A stretch of 49,086 nt of DNA, from positions 54,971,625 to 55,020,710 of the forward strand of contig NC_068989.1 of NCBI RefSeq assembly GCF_001194135.2, given 5' to 3'. A program made the translations under genes and the position numbers. The notes below the pieces were generated by a model. The model did no database searches and had not been told where the DNA came from. It was given only the letters and a program-made list of their open reading frames with translations. The stretch comes from Octopus bimaculoides. Lineage: Eukaryota. Shown in pieces: positions 34,365-47,760 of the stretch (positions are counted from its first letter, which is position 1; every line of letters starts with the position of its first letter).

Positions 34365-34477
34365 GTGTGTGCGTGTGTGTGTGTGTGTGTATGATATGTA
34401 TGTATTTGTATATCAACACACATGTACATATATAAATACATATATACACACTGAATGTTACAAATAAACAGAAGTTG

Positions 34478-34517
<40 letters not shown>

Positions 34518-34883
34518 NNNNNNNNNNNNNNNNNNNNNNNNNNNNNNNNNNNNNNNNNNNNNNNNNNNNNNNNNNNNNNNNNNNNNNNNNNNNNNNNNNN
34601 NNNNNNNNNNNNNNNNNNNNNNNNNNNNNNNNNNNNNNNNNNNNNNNNNNNNNNNNNNNNNNNNNNNNNNNNNNNNNNNNNNNNNNNNNNNNNNNNNNNN
34701 NNNNNNNNNNNNNNNNNNNNNNNNNNNNNNNNNNNNNNNNNNNNNNNNNNNNNNNNNNNNNNNNNNNNNNNNNNNNNNNNNNNNNNNNNNNNNNNNNNNN
34801 NNNNNNNNNNNNNNNNNNNNNNNNNNNNNNNNNNNNNNNNNNNNNNNNNNNNNNNNNNNNNNNNNNNNNNNNNNNNNNNNNNN

Positions 34884-34934
<51 letters not shown>

Positions 34935-36460
34935 CCTTCCAAGTCAGTGGCCGTATTTGCGGTTGAGTGCGTTTGAGTGTATAAAGATCCAATTAAACAG
35001 GTATTTAATATTAAAAGCTTTGCTGCGGACAGGGCTTTTATTCAAATGTCGACCATTGTATAGCGTATGATTTGTGGTCATTTAATAGTCGACTCTTCTA
35101 TTTTGAAGAAAGTTCTGGGGTCATTAGGCGCAACAGTATCCCAGCACTAATATATTGCACTCATACCATCGTCACCTTTCTTTTAACACCAGCACTACAC
35201 AGCCATCTTGTGAAGAGAGATTTAACCTGTGTCCTGGTTTCACAGCTCCATCTTGCATCCTAGCTGAATTTTGTTGGGTCCACTCAGTTTTGCAGCCACC
35301 GGCAGGTTAGTTTCACGAAGAGGCTCTTCAATCGACTGGATCCACACGGGCACGCGCACACACGCATACACACACACATACACACACACATGTATATGAG
35401 AGGTTAGGCAATGCGTGTGCATGTGTGTGTGTGTGTGTGTGTGTGTTTGCGTGTGTTTAATCATTAGCGATGGAAGCAATACTAATATAAAAAAGTAATC
35501 TTTATATCCGACAAAAATGGATGAATTGATAGAACACCGAATACTGTGTTATCAGCCATGTTTAGTTGGACATAACGTTTACCTTTTGGTATCAATACAG
35601 CTAAAAATTCATCTTTTACCAGTCTGCTGGCTATTCGCGACATCAGCGTCTGAAAAGATGCTGAAATTCTATATACTGTAGCAGTGAAATTTGACTGGCA
35701 TGCAGTCGCATGCTGTGTCTTACTGATTAGTTCCAGCAGAACAAAATCACATAATTCGTCTCTCAGGCGCCCATGAGAGACGAATTCGGTCTGTTACGAT
35801 CTTCGTGTATGCTTTTATGCACCAAGAGCCTATATGAAAAGCTCTCTCAAGGCTAATAACGCAGTATTCGGTGATCTAACAAGGTATCCATATTTAGATA
35901 TATATATATATATACACACACACATAAGCACACACACATAAATATATATATATANNNNNNNNNNNNNNNNNNNNNNNNNNNNNNNNNNNNNNNNNNNNNN
36001 NNNNNNNNNNNNNNNNNNNNNNNNNNNNNNNNNNNNNNNNNNNNATTACACACGTTTCATTTGTTAATAGGAGGTATAAAATTGTACATGTAGGAAAAAC
36101 ATGTAAATGTTTCAGACAGAAAATCAAAAGTACTATAAGATATCATTTGATTCTCTGTCTGAAGAATATCTAATAGGAGATATCTTACGTGCTTCTCCGG
36201 CATGTAGCTCCTACTGGCAAATGAAACACGTGTAATGGTGAATAAATAATACCAAAATTAACTTTTCCAATTTCCTGTTTTGATATTTAATTACTCTGCA
36301 AAAACTCTTTTCCAACATTCTTCAACTCTTGTGCATACCTCACACAAGTATAACGGCTACATATAGTTTTGAAGTACTGGCATAAACAGTTGTGCTTCGT
36401 GAGGCCGCAGCCTCGATTACAACCTATCAATATACCGCATATTTAAGGATTGATAAACAC

Positions 36461-36493
<33 letters not shown>

Positions 36494-36901
36494 CAGACAG
36501 TCAGACAGAGACATAGTTAAATGTCAGAGTAAAATCACCACACTGTAAAAGTCATTATTGTTAGGTCAGGTTAGCTTTTTTGTTAAGTTTATCTAGTTTT
36601 GCTGTCATTGTTGTCTCCTGTTAATGTTGCTGTTGATGCTGGTGCTGATGATGGTGGTGATGGCGGCGGCGGCGGCGGCGATGTTATTGGAAAGAGCGTT
36701 GTAATTTGTTTAAACAGAATGACCAGGCTTACAATACACTTTTATATCTTGTTCCTACCTAATCCACTCCTCATACGCACCTTACTTATATTTCGGTATT
36801 TGTTTTATTTTGGAGTATGTGGAGACAGGTGTTATAATAGCTGGTATAAATCATCCCAGTGAGAAAATTTCCACCCCTCTGGAATGTCTTTAATATAATC
36901 T

Positions 36902-37110
36902 TTTCTACTCTAGGCACAAGGTCAGAAATTTTGGAGGAGGGGGCCAGTCGGTTAGATCGACCGCAGTACGCAACTGGTACTAATTTATCGACTCCGAAAG
37001 GAAGAAAGCCAAAATCGACCTCGGCTGAATTTGAACTCAGAACACTAAGACAGACGAAATACCGCTAAGCATTTCGCCCGGCGTGCTAACGTTTATGCCA
37101 GCTCGCCACC
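36902..37110 (-). mobile_element. SINE family A with 19-bp target-site duplication
   Basis: AATGTCTTTAATATAATCT at 36883-36901 and 37113-37131. Confidence 0.92.
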
Positions 37111-37141
37111 CTAATGTCTTTAATATAATCTACATGCGTAA

Positions 37142-37495
37142 GGCGGCGAACTGGTAGAATTGTCACTGGACCGGAAAAAATATTTAGCAGTATTTTCCCA
37201 ATTTTACGTTCTGAGATGAAATGCTGATGTGATCGACTTTGCCTTTCATTCTTTCGGGGTCGATAAAATAAGTACCAGTTGAACACGGGGGGGGGNNNNN
37301 NNNNNNNNNNNNNNNNNNNNNNNNNNNNNNNNNNNNNNNNNNNNNNNNNNNNNNNNNNNNNNNNNNNNNNNNNNNNNNNNNNNNNNNNNNNNNNNNNNNN
37401 NNNNNNNNNNNNNNNNNNNNNNNNNGGGGGGGGTCGATTTAATCTCCTTACCTCCTCCCCCGAAATTGCTGCCATTTTGCCAAAAGAATTTTAAA
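37142..37495 (+). mobile_element. SINE family A (interrupted by N-gap at a G-run)
   Basis: Head, central motif; tail after the gap. Confidence 0.8.
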
Positions 37496-37747
37496 TCAAT
37501 ATAATATATATATGCGTGTGTGTTTATGTGTGTATGTGTGTGTGTGTGAGAGAGAGAGAGAGGGAGAGAGAGAGGGAGGGAAAGAGAGAAGGAGAGGGAA
37601 AGAGAGAGGGAGATGGAGAGAGAGAGGGAGAGGGAGAGAGATTGAGACAGAGAGAGTCTCCAATCGTTGAGTGGTTAATTAACAGGTTTTAATCCCCAAG
37701 TTGGGATTATCTGGTCGACAACACTGCTTCAATATTCCGTAAATGTT

Positions 37748-38157
37748 TAATGACTGAAAAGTACGACGGTGAATGCAAGCGCTGCAATAAGGTTCCTCCA
37801 AAGAATCTCTAGAGCAACGTTCCTCAGCAGTCTGCTTAGCGGGAAGGTCAAGGAATTTCTGCAGTTCGAGCTGCAGCTTCTCTGCATTGAGAGGTCACAG
37901 GTCTGGTACAACGGTCATGTAATTGGAGTATGCCAGAAGAGAATCACGAGATCGGTTCTTCAAGCCCAGCCAAATGGCAAGAGATCTAAGTGTAGACTAA
38001 AAGTGAAATGGTTGAATACTATCCATTATCTTAGTCGATGACTCTTAGGAATCCAGCCTGAAAATATAATGATTGTTAGAGTCATGGAGGGAGTTCCTGA
38101 TGACTCTAGACCCCACAGTCCCGAGCCCAGGAATAGAGGGCGGAGTAGACGAATGGA
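37748..38157 (+). mobile_element. RTE (Rex3/Expander-like) LINE 3' fragment
   Basis: MTEKVRR..AAIRFLQRIS...LLCIERSQVWYNGHV...RITRSVLQAQPNGKRSKCRLKVKWLNTI...LLGIQP, then a CCCCACAGTCCC..GAGTAGACGAATGGAT tail. Confidence 0.8.
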
Positions 38158-38396
38158 TATATACGTATACATATTATACATAGATATCTCGATTAGTAAA
38201 TGAATGACAACAGAACCGAAGTCATGCAATAACTTTTATTAGTTTACAGGTGTTTGTACCATATATATATGTGCGTGTGTGTGTGTGCGTATGTCTGGGT
38301 TTTATATATATACACACACATATATATATATATATATATATGTATGTATATACGTCTATGTATGTATATGTATGTGTGTAAATTATATAAATTCGT

Positions 38397-38438
<42 letters not shown>

Positions 38439-41081
38439 TAGTATTTTGGATATAACTTTCTATGTGTGCTCCAGAAAATAAGATTCTCTTGAAATTGGAG
38501 TTGTGGTCCTATTGGTAAAATCCCAAATTTGTAATAATATATAGTTCAAATTAATACCAAAGAAAACATGAAGATAAGTGTAGGAACAATGAGCAGGTGC
38601 ATAAGTTTAACTCTCGGGAAGAATGAAAAAGTCTTTTAGGTTTCGAACCTACGCTCTTCGATAGAAAGAATTAAGCAGAAAAACAGCGGAGATAGAATGA
38701 AAAAGAAAAAAAAAAGCAGAGAAAGAAATGTGCAGAACACACACACACACACACACAATCGTATGTAAGGAAATGCAACCATTCTTACATTAGACGCGAG
38801 TATAGAATGTTTAGCTTGGCACATAATCCTTTTATTACCATGAAAGGCCATACGATATTATCTTTAAAAATCTGAAGCTCAAATTTACAGCTTAGTAAAT
38901 TTGATCATTAGTGAATTAGATTGACTTATTAAAAACATTGCAGTCACTTAATTTTTATATCAAGTATGCAACTATCATAGCATTATATAATAATTATACT
39001 TTGGGAATCAAGTGAAATAACTGCGTAGTTAATAAATTTTAGTGCAATTTTACACATAAAGCTGGATTTTTGTTCAACTGTATCTAAACTGTTACTCCAA
39101 AAAGCTTTAGAAATTGGAAAGCAATTACCCCGATCAAGTAACACTGAGATTAACATCATCGTACATGCGAGAAAAATTTCTATGCTTTTCAAAGATTCTT
39201 ACGGGGCATTGGAATAAAGGTAACTCTTCGACATTTTTATGGGAAATTTTGATAGCACTGAGATAATTGAATTGATAGGGTTATATATCTGAGATTTATT
39301 ACGTAAGAGATTCTACTCTATAATTGACTTTGGTTTATACAGACACTGTGACGATTTTATTTTTCATAAATGACTTGATTATTAAATAGAAAAATCCTTA
39401 TCAACATTGTCAAAGCATTTGATCAAAAAATTAATGTTGAACCTAATTTTAAGTATTATGAGCAATTTAAGTTTAAACACTAATAACATTCCCATTCATA
39501 AAATTATAAAGGAGTGTGAAATATATCACTGAAAATTCAATTTGCCCTCCCATAATCTTTAAAAATTTAGTAGGTTATAACTGACACAATTTCAAGCATC
39601 TTTGCCGATGAAAATTCATTAAAAATCATTACCATTTATAATACGAGATTAACGGTAGTATATAGTATATACCAAATAATTCTATCGCCTTAACGTGAAA
39701 CAACAAAGGAAGACTAAACGATGTAATCACTTCTGTAATCGCAATACCTTAATTAACATCGCAAGAATTTAATCTAACTCCAGAGTATTTCCCGCCAGAA
39801 CACAGGTGTCAGAAAATTTTAAATAGGAATTTCATAGTTAGTTATAGTTGTGCTATTAATTTTGCTGCCTTTATTGCTCAAGTAAACTGTAGGAATATTA
39901 TATGGAAGGTTGCATTTACAGTAACGCTCCATATGATACTCGACGATGCTGTTATGTTGACTTCGCCCTTTGTTTTCTTAACGGTGCCTGTCTTTCCAAG
40001 TCTTTAGTAAATATAATTAATGATAATATCGTGAGCAATATTGAAGCAGAGTCCTACATAAGTTTCACAGAGCATCTATTTGAGAAAAAGACCCAGCTAA
40101 TGGAAACAGACTACATCATTGTCAATGTCTATACAGAATCTCAAAACATGTTGGAATCTTAAAAATAAAGTGGGCTCTGCTGGATAACACAGCTGCATAA
40201 AGCAATGTAGTTTTTGTTGGTGTTATTTTTTTAATGCAAATTCTACTTCATAGGGAAATACATTATCTTGATGGTAACCGCCTTCTTTGTTAATTTTTTT
40301 TAAATCTGAACACGTGTGTGTGTGTGTGTATCTGTGTGTGCATGTATGTTTCTATCTGGTGGATTGTTAAACCCTCAATAACACGTATCATTTAAACATT
40401 CGTATTGTCGTCGTAACGTCGTGGTGGCGTACAAATTTTATAGCATTTGTTTTTGTATAGAAACGAGTTTTTATAACTTTTATATCGTTTCTGGTTTATT
40501 AACCAAATGCTATAATAAAATGTCGTTTGCATTCATACGTTCGTGGACAAAATTCGATTTAAGAGAAATCTTAGCGGTAGCTAGCATCTTACCATGTACA
40601 GGCTTCCTTTTCATGAGACATGTGGCGAAAACATCATCATCAACATTACCATTTCTGTTATTTATTGCTGTCTATATTTGTGTCTTTATTTTTTAAGTTT
40701 TCATTGTCAATTCATCTATTTTATTTTCTTGTATCTCTCTTTATTCTGTCATTTACTTCACCATTTCTTCCTATCATTCAGACATATTCTCATTTTTACT
40801 TACTTTTTCAAAAAAACTGTCGAACATCTTCCTTTTATGTTTTTATTTTATTTTTAATTTTTCTGAAATGGGATTTTCAGCAATCTTTTAAATGGTTATT
40901 TTTTGCTTTTTTTTCTTCTGTTGTTGTTTTTTTAATTTTTGTTGTTTGTTTCTTTGTTTTACCAGCTCATTTCATAAAGCCAAATGTAGCGCAAATTTTA
41001 CAAATGATCGAGGATTGGAACTAGATGATAATATTTGTAACTTGGAAAATTCAGATTAGAACAATATGTATATGTATAAAT

Positions 41082-41115
<34 letters not shown>

Positions 41116-41993
41116 NNNNNNNNNNNNNNNNNNNNNNNNNNNNNNNNNNNNNNNNNNNNNNNNNNNNNNNNNNNNNNNNNNNNNNNNNNNNNNNNNNNNN
41201 NNNNNNNNNNNNNNNNNNNNNNNNNNNNNNNNNNNNNNNNNNNNNNNNNNNNNNNNNNNNNNNNNNNNNNNNNNNNNNNNNNNNNNNNNNNNNNNNNNNN
41301 NNNNNNNNNNNNNNNNNNNNNNNNNNNNNNNNNNNNNNNNNNNNNNNNNNNNNNNNNNNNNNNNNNNNNNNNNNNNNNNNNNNNNNNNNNNNNNNNNNNN
41401 NNNNNNNNNNNNNNNNNNNNNNNNNNNNNNNNNNNNNNNNNNNNNNNNNNNNNNNNNNNNNNNNNNNNNNNNNNNNNNNNNNNNNNNNNNNNNNNNNNNN
41501 NNNNNNNNNNNNNNNNNNNNNNNNNNNNNNNNNNNNNNNNNNNNNNNNNNNNNNNNNNNNNNNNNNNNNNNNNNNNNNNNNNNNNNNNNNNNNNNNNNNN
41601 NNNNNNNNNNNNNNNNNNNNNNNNNNNNNNNNNNNNNNNNNNNNNNNNNNNNNNNNNNNNNNNNNNNNNNNNNNNNNNNNNNNNNNNNNNNNNNNNNNNN
41701 NNNNNNNNNNNNNNNNNNNNNNNNNNNNNNNNNNNNNNNNNNNNNNNNNNNNNNNNNNNNNNNNNNNNNNNNNNNNNNNNNNNNNNNNNNNNNNNNNNNN
41801 NNNNNNNNNNNNNNNNNNNNNNNNNNNNNNNNNNNNNNNNNNNNNNNNNNNNNNNNNNNNNNNNNNNNNNNNNNNNNNNNNNNNNNNNNNNNNNNNNNNN
41901 NNNNNNNNNNNNNNNNNNNNNNNNNNNNNNNNNNNNNNNNNNNNNNNNNNNNNNNNNNNNNNNNNNNNNNNTGTGTGTGTGTATATGTATGTA

Positions 41994-42026
<33 letters not shown>

Positions 42027-42279
42027 TGTGATGAATAAAATACTTTTTCTCAAAATATTTTGCACAATTTTTTTTTTAATTCTGGACATCTTATTGCTAA
42101 ACATTCAACTTCAAATTACAATTGTTAATTGTTGGAAGTCAAGCAGACTGAGAAGTAGATATAGTGTTATTGTATAGAGTGGAAGTTCAATACAAAGTTT
42201 TCAAATCATTAATTTGTGGTTAGTAATCCATTACCTTAAATCTGAAGCCATTAAGCATTTTCGACTGACACCATGATGG

Positions 42280-42723
42280 GGTATCACCTTCAAAAATTTC
42301 ATTGATCATACTGATGTCAGTACGTATTTCAATCCAGAAATTTATTTTATAGACTTCTGCTTGGTGAACTGCTAACTTAGAGACGTAGTGGGACATAGTA
42401 CTCGGTTTAACAACAAATGTAAAGAAACAGACACACACACACGCACACACATTCATTAGGTACAAGAATGACTGTGTAGTTGAGAAGTTTACTTTCCAAC
42501 CACATGGTTCCACATTCAGTCCCTCTGCATGGTACCTTGGGCAAGTGTTTTCTGCTATAGCTCTAGGGCGTTATTCATCAGAAAATGACCGAAAAATATG
42601 TTTATAAAGAAGAGTTGTTTGCTGCATACTCCTCGTGTGCCGATTCTGCCCATTAGAAAGGAACAAATAATACAATGTGGTCATAGGTTGTAACACCCGA
42701 GCAACGCCGGAGTGCATTGCAAG
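42280..42723 (+). mobile_element. Non-autonomous Helitron-like element (copy 2) with embedded SINE B fragment
   Basis: Colinear with 11894-12368. Ends CACCCGAGCAACGCCGGAGTGCATTG-CAAG (CTAG mutated). SINE part has an extra internal deletion of about 40 bp. Confidence 0.7.
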
Positions 42724-43262
42724 CCGTATATAAAATAAATACCAAAGTGGCGCAAGCACTGAGCTTGATGACAGAATAAAATGAGTGGAATGAGTAAATG
42801 ACTAAATGAAATTCGATATAGTCTGCCTGAATGAATCTAAATTCATTTAATGATTATTAAAATGAATAGCACGGAACGCAAAAGCAATTTAATTAGTTAT
42901 TATAATATCTGCATAAAAGAAATGTTTCAAAAACAAGTTTAAACATATTTATTATGCAAGTGTCAATTTACATTAAATATATCCTGTATTTTACAATATA
43001 TGAATGAGATTTAAAGTAAATTTGTTTAAGTAAAAAAAAATAACTTTAATAATGGATTTATGAGTTAAGTCAATATTTATTACAAAGGAATTTTAGGAAA
43101 AAATATCCTGAAAACGCACCTATTTTTCACTTAATACAGCGTGGTCAAATATTTGCAAATTTTGCTTGTTTAAAATCATATTTAAAACTTCTGGCTAATT
43201 TTCTTTTATTTTTTCTTTTACCTCATTTGTACAAGAATTTTTTCCAGATGCATTTTTGCAAT

Positions 43263-43336
<74 letters not shown>

Positions 43337-43380
43337 TCTCTCTCTTTCAATCACTTCCTCCCTCTCAATCTCTCCCTCTC
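43263..43380. repeat. (CT)n microsatellite
   Basis: Direct reading. Confidence 0.95.
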
Positions 43381-43943
43381 TAAATATATATATATATATA
43401 TTTCTCTCCTTTTTGTTCTTTCTTCGCTCTGTCTCAGAAGATAGAAAGAATTATTTGTATGTTTAGTATTTGATTAAATGTACTCGCTCAAGTCCGTCTT
43501 CAGTTTCGTCATTGCATTAAGTCATTTCCTTATAATGAGTGATAGTTATTAATTACTGACTGAATATGATTTCTTCATCTCTCAATACAGAAGAAAGAGA
43601 TTTGCCAGTCGCCGTTCATGCTTACTCATTTAGAAAATTATTTCTCCTTCACATCAGTGACTATTTAGATGGTCTTCGTAACACAAAAACCATTTGTACC
43701 CGGAATTCTTTCGTTCCAGTAGACCAGTCAAGAAATTATTGAAACAATCTTTGATGCATATATCCGGAGCATTGTTCCATTCGTTCATTGTCATATATGT
43801 CAAGAATAGTTATCAGTCTTGCCACATCCGATCACGTTCCGCTTGAATTGTTTATAAGTCGAACGAACGATCATCCTCTGTAAATCTTATCTGTAAAATC
43901 TTTTAAATCTTTTAAATAATATTTTTATCAAGTGCAAAATATT

Positions 43944-44125
43944 GGTTTCAAATTTTGGCACAAGGCCAGCAATTTTAGGGGAGGGAGTAAGTCGATTACA
44001 TTGATCCCATTGATCGAAAGGTACTTAATTTATCGACCCAGAAATGATGAAAGGGAAAGTCGACCTCGGCGGATTTTGAACTCAAAACGTAAAGACAGAC
44101 GAAATGCCTCTACCACACCGCCGCC
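43944..44125 (-). mobile_element. SINE family A (internally deleted)
   Basis: Reverse-strand copy, first of a tandem pair. Confidence 0.85.
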
Positions 44126-44146
44126 TTTAATCAAATGCAAAATATT

Positions 44147-44357
44147 GGTCTCAAATTTTAGCACAAGACTAGTAATTTTGAAGGAGGGGTTAAGTAGATG
44201 ACATCGACCCCAGTATCAATTGTTACTTATTTTATCGACCCCGAAAGGATGAAAGCTAAAGTCGACCTCGGCCGAAATTGAACTCAGAACGTAAAAACGG
44301 ACGAAATACCGCTAAGCATTTTGCCCGACGCGCTAACGATTCTTCCAGATCGCCACC
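44147..44357 (-). mobile_element. SINE family A with 20-bp flanking direct repeat
   Basis: TTAATCAAATGCAAAATATT at 44127-44146 and 44359-44378. Confidence 0.9.
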
Positions 44358-44609
44358 ATTAATCAAATGCAAAATATTACAAGAATTAAACACCACTTGA
44401 CCTAAGGCAGCGCTTCTTAGTGAAGGGGTCTGTAAGGATGGAAAAGGGTGAACAAATAGCTATGGTTTATGAAAAACACAGTATAATGGAGTCAAGCTTT
44501 GTCCAACATGGTGGCAAAGAAAGAACAATGATGAGGATACAAACTCTATTCTGTCTTCTCATTAATAAAGAGGGGGAAGTGGTAAAAAAATATTCACTAA
44601 TATTTACCT

Positions 44610-44930
44610 CTGGCACTCCGTCGGTAACGATGACGAATGTTCCAGCTGATCCGATTAACAGAACAGCCTGCTCGTGAAATTAACGTGCAAGTGGCTGAGC
44701 ATTCCACAGACTCGTGTACCATTAACGTAGTTCTCAAGCAGATTCAGCGTGACACAAAATGTGACAAGGGTGACTCTTTGAAATGCAGATACTACTCATT
44801 TTTGCCAACTGAGTGGACTGGAGCAACGCGAAGAAAAGTGTCTTGCTCAAGGATACAACGTACCGTCGTTTATCGAACTCACGATCGTGAGTTGAATACC
44901 CTAACCCCTAAGCCACATGCCTTCGCTCAC
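44610..44930 (-). mobile_element. SINE family C-related (CORE-like), different tail
   Basis: Reverse complement has GTTGTATCCTTGAGCAAGACACTTTT..GCTCCAGTCCACTCAGTTGGCAAAAATGAGTA. Confidence 0.8.
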
Positions 44931-44977
44931 AAATATTTAGGACTAAAATATTTACTAATATTAGAGAATAGCTGTAA

Positions 44978-45131
44978 GGCAGCGAGCTGACAGAATCGTT
45001 ACTGCACCGGGTCGACTTTGCCTTTCATCTTTTCGGGATCGATAAAATAAGTACCAGTTGAGCACTGGGGTCGATGTAATAGACTTAGCCCCACCCCCGA
45101 AATTGCTGGCCTTGTACCAAAATTTGTAACC
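44978..45131 (+). mobile_element. SINE family A, internally deleted
   Basis: Head joined to GGGTCGACTTTGCC; degenerate flanking repeat AATATTAG(A/T)GA(A/G)TAG at 44957-44971 and 45132-45146. Confidence 0.85.
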
Positions 45132-45490
45132 AATATTAGTGAGTAGTCAATAATATTTTAGTGGAAGGGCCTAGTACTTATCAGCTCAAAAACCATTCAA
45201 ATAAAACAATTATTCAAATTCAAAGCTTTTTATTTTAGTGCCATTTTCTTCATTTTTACCAAATTGTTTGTCCAGGTATTTAAATAATTTGCAAACTTTT
45301 ATATCAGGAGTTTTATATTTACCGTCTGCCTGGAATACGATTTCAGTTTTGCTCGTTATTTCCTCCCCCTCCCCAGATTGCAGCAGGTTAAAAACACTGC
45401 AGTTCNNNNNNNNNNCCAATGTTCTTTTTCTTTTCCCCCCACAGCGGAAGAAGTTATACAATTTCTATTAAACAATATTTTCATCTGTTG

Positions 45491-45625
45491 GGGTCGACTT
45501 TGCCTTTCATCCTTTCGGGATCGGTAAATTAAGTACCAGTTGTGTACTGAGTGCAATCTAATCGACTGCCCCCCCCCCTCCCCAAAAATTTCGAGCCTTG
45601 TGCCTAGAGTAGAAAAAGCTATTTT
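45491..45625 (+). mobile_element. SINE family A 3' half
   Basis: GGGTCGACTTTGCCTTTCATCCTTTCGGGATCGGTAAATTAAGTACCAG..CTTGTGCCTAGAGTAGAAAA. Confidence 0.85.
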
Positions 45626-46634
45626 CATATGTTAGAGTTCTACAATAAAGATTCACTTCTTCAGTGTCAATATATTTTTGTCACATGTTTCAGATATCTT
45701 CATGTTGTTGGCAACAATTTTAATACATCCAGGTTTTACGCATCTATTTCCTTTACGTTTAATTTTAACATAAGCGTTAATGCTCCTTCCAGTAAAATGT
45801 GATTTAAAAGCCTCTACAGAGGTTTTTAAATCATCCTCAAATGCTGCAGGAAAATTACCAGCTTTAAGCAAAATGATGTTCCAACTTATGACAGAATTCG
45901 TGGAATTTGCTCTGCCCAACTAGAACCCCCGCCTTAACACATCCTACTAATACATTAGCCACCTACCATGCACAAATCTCTCATCTTCTATCTCTGCTAT
46001 CTAGGCTATACTCTTTAATGTTCACTCAGAAACGCGGTATCAGTGTAAATATCACTTACCCCGTTAACCGTCTCTCTCAAATGGAATATAAACCATCTTG
46101 TCTGATAAGTAAAAACTTTCTCACTCACGCACTTCAATCTCAAGCCTATAGATGCACTGTCTCTACGTATCTGCCTACTATATTGATACTGCGAATGGGT
46201 GACGCTCCCCAAAGCTAACTACTTTCATACCATCTTCATCCGAGTCCTCCCATCACTCTTTTGATTTTATCACCCAATTTTTCTCCTCCTAAGCCTCGCA
46301 CTAACTTCTGTACCCAGTCGTTCTTCCCAAGAAATCAATTCTAGAGAATTCCTTTCTCTTATGAATCGTGAACAACCACTAAACGAGAATGCGCACGAAT
46401 ATCTAAGGAAATTTTTCTTGATGTTTGCGATTCCAGTGCTTCTTGTTTTCAACAATTCCTGAAGTACAACGGCTATCAGTTTGAAGACAGGCCTTCATAA
46501 AAACAAAACAAGATTATACCTGCAGATTCTATAAAATATTGAAAATGAACTACAATAAACACTGACTCGATAATCATGTTGATGTCCCTATACATTTTTG
46601 AGAATACTCTGTATATACATAAACGCTCACTTAC

Positions 46635-46657
46635 TCACACACACATACACACACACA

Positions 46658-46694
<37 letters not shown>

Positions 46695-47090
46695 GCACGC
46701 ACGCAAGCACGCACGCANNNNNNNNNNNNNNNNNNNNNNNNNNNNNNNNNNNNNNNNNNNNNNNNNNNNNNNNNNNNNNNNNNNNNNNNNNNNNNNNNNN
46801 NNNNNNNNNNNNNNNNNNNNNNNNNNNNNNNNNNNNNNNNNNNNNNNNNNNNNNNNNNNNNNNNNNNNNNNNNNNNNNNNNNNNNNNNNNNNNNNNNNNN
46901 NNNNNNNNNNNNNNNNNNNNNNNNNNNNNNNNNNNNNNNNNNNNNNNNNNNNNNNNNNNNNNNNNNNNNNNNNNNNNNNNNNNNNNNNNNNNNNNNNNNN
47001 NNNNNNNNNNNNNNNNNNNNNNNNNNNNNNNNNNNNNNNNNNNNNNNNNNNNNNNNNNNNNNNNNNNNNNNNNNNNNNNNNNNNNNNNNN

Positions 47091-47142
<52 letters not shown>

Positions 47143-47370
47143 TGTATGTATGTATGTATGCGTGTGTGTATACATGTATATATGTATGTATTTATGCATG
47201 TACATATGTAATTATAGATATGTATATGCATACATGTTGTGCATGTGTGCGTGTGTATATATATATGACTGTATGTATATACATTTATACATATATGTAT
47301 GCATGTATATATGTAATTATGTATTTGTATGTGCATACATGATGTGCATGTGAGCGTGTGCACATGTGTG
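46635..47370. repeat. (CA)n/(CACG)n and (TA)n/(TATG)n microsatellites around an N-gap
   Basis: Direct reading. Confidence 0.9.
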
Positions 47371-47629
47371 TTTGTATTTGATGAACGGATGACTGTTGCT
47401 TTTGCGTCATTGTTGGAGGTTAATGGCCTCTCTAATGTTATTATTAAACTTACTTAAATTTTTTCTTGCTGTGAAATCTCAGATTTAGTTAGGTTAATTA
47501 ACCTTCAATTACTGTTGGAGACAAAATTGTCTTTGTGATGCATAATTGTGATATACGCATCGCGTTTAGCTAAAATTTCTCATCAATAATAAAAGTAGAA
47601 ATAATTGCGTATTGACTCGAAATAATGGC

Positions 47630-47760
47630 TTCAGATTTCAGTACAGGCCAGTAATTCTGAGGGAAGTCATTGACCCCAATACTTCGACGGGATTTGAATT
47701 TGGAATATAAAGAGCTGGAACACCAAGAGGCATTTTCCCGACGCTGAGTCAGCTTGACGG
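47630..47760 (-). mobile_element. SINE family A, very degenerate
   Basis: Residual CAGGCCAGTAATT..GAAGTC and GGATTTGAATTTGGAA (reverse B-box/tail). Confidence 0.5.

Noticed and set aside
39902-40162. 86-aa ATG-initiated ORF
   Set aside because: No recognisable domain, splice context or codon bias; length expected by chance somewhere in 49 kb.
46265-46500. Plus-strand frames giving a signal-peptide-like stretch (IFLLLSLALTSVPSRS) and a KR-ECAR..VC..C peptide
   Set aside because: No start codon, the two parts are in different frames, no clear splice sites and no recognised family.
5205-47363. Long ORFs in the supplied track that span N-runs or (TA)/(TG)/(ATGT)/(AAT) repeats
   Set aside because: Open only because N codons and simple repeats lack stops; YI/CV/HT/MYVC translations are microsatellite artefacts.
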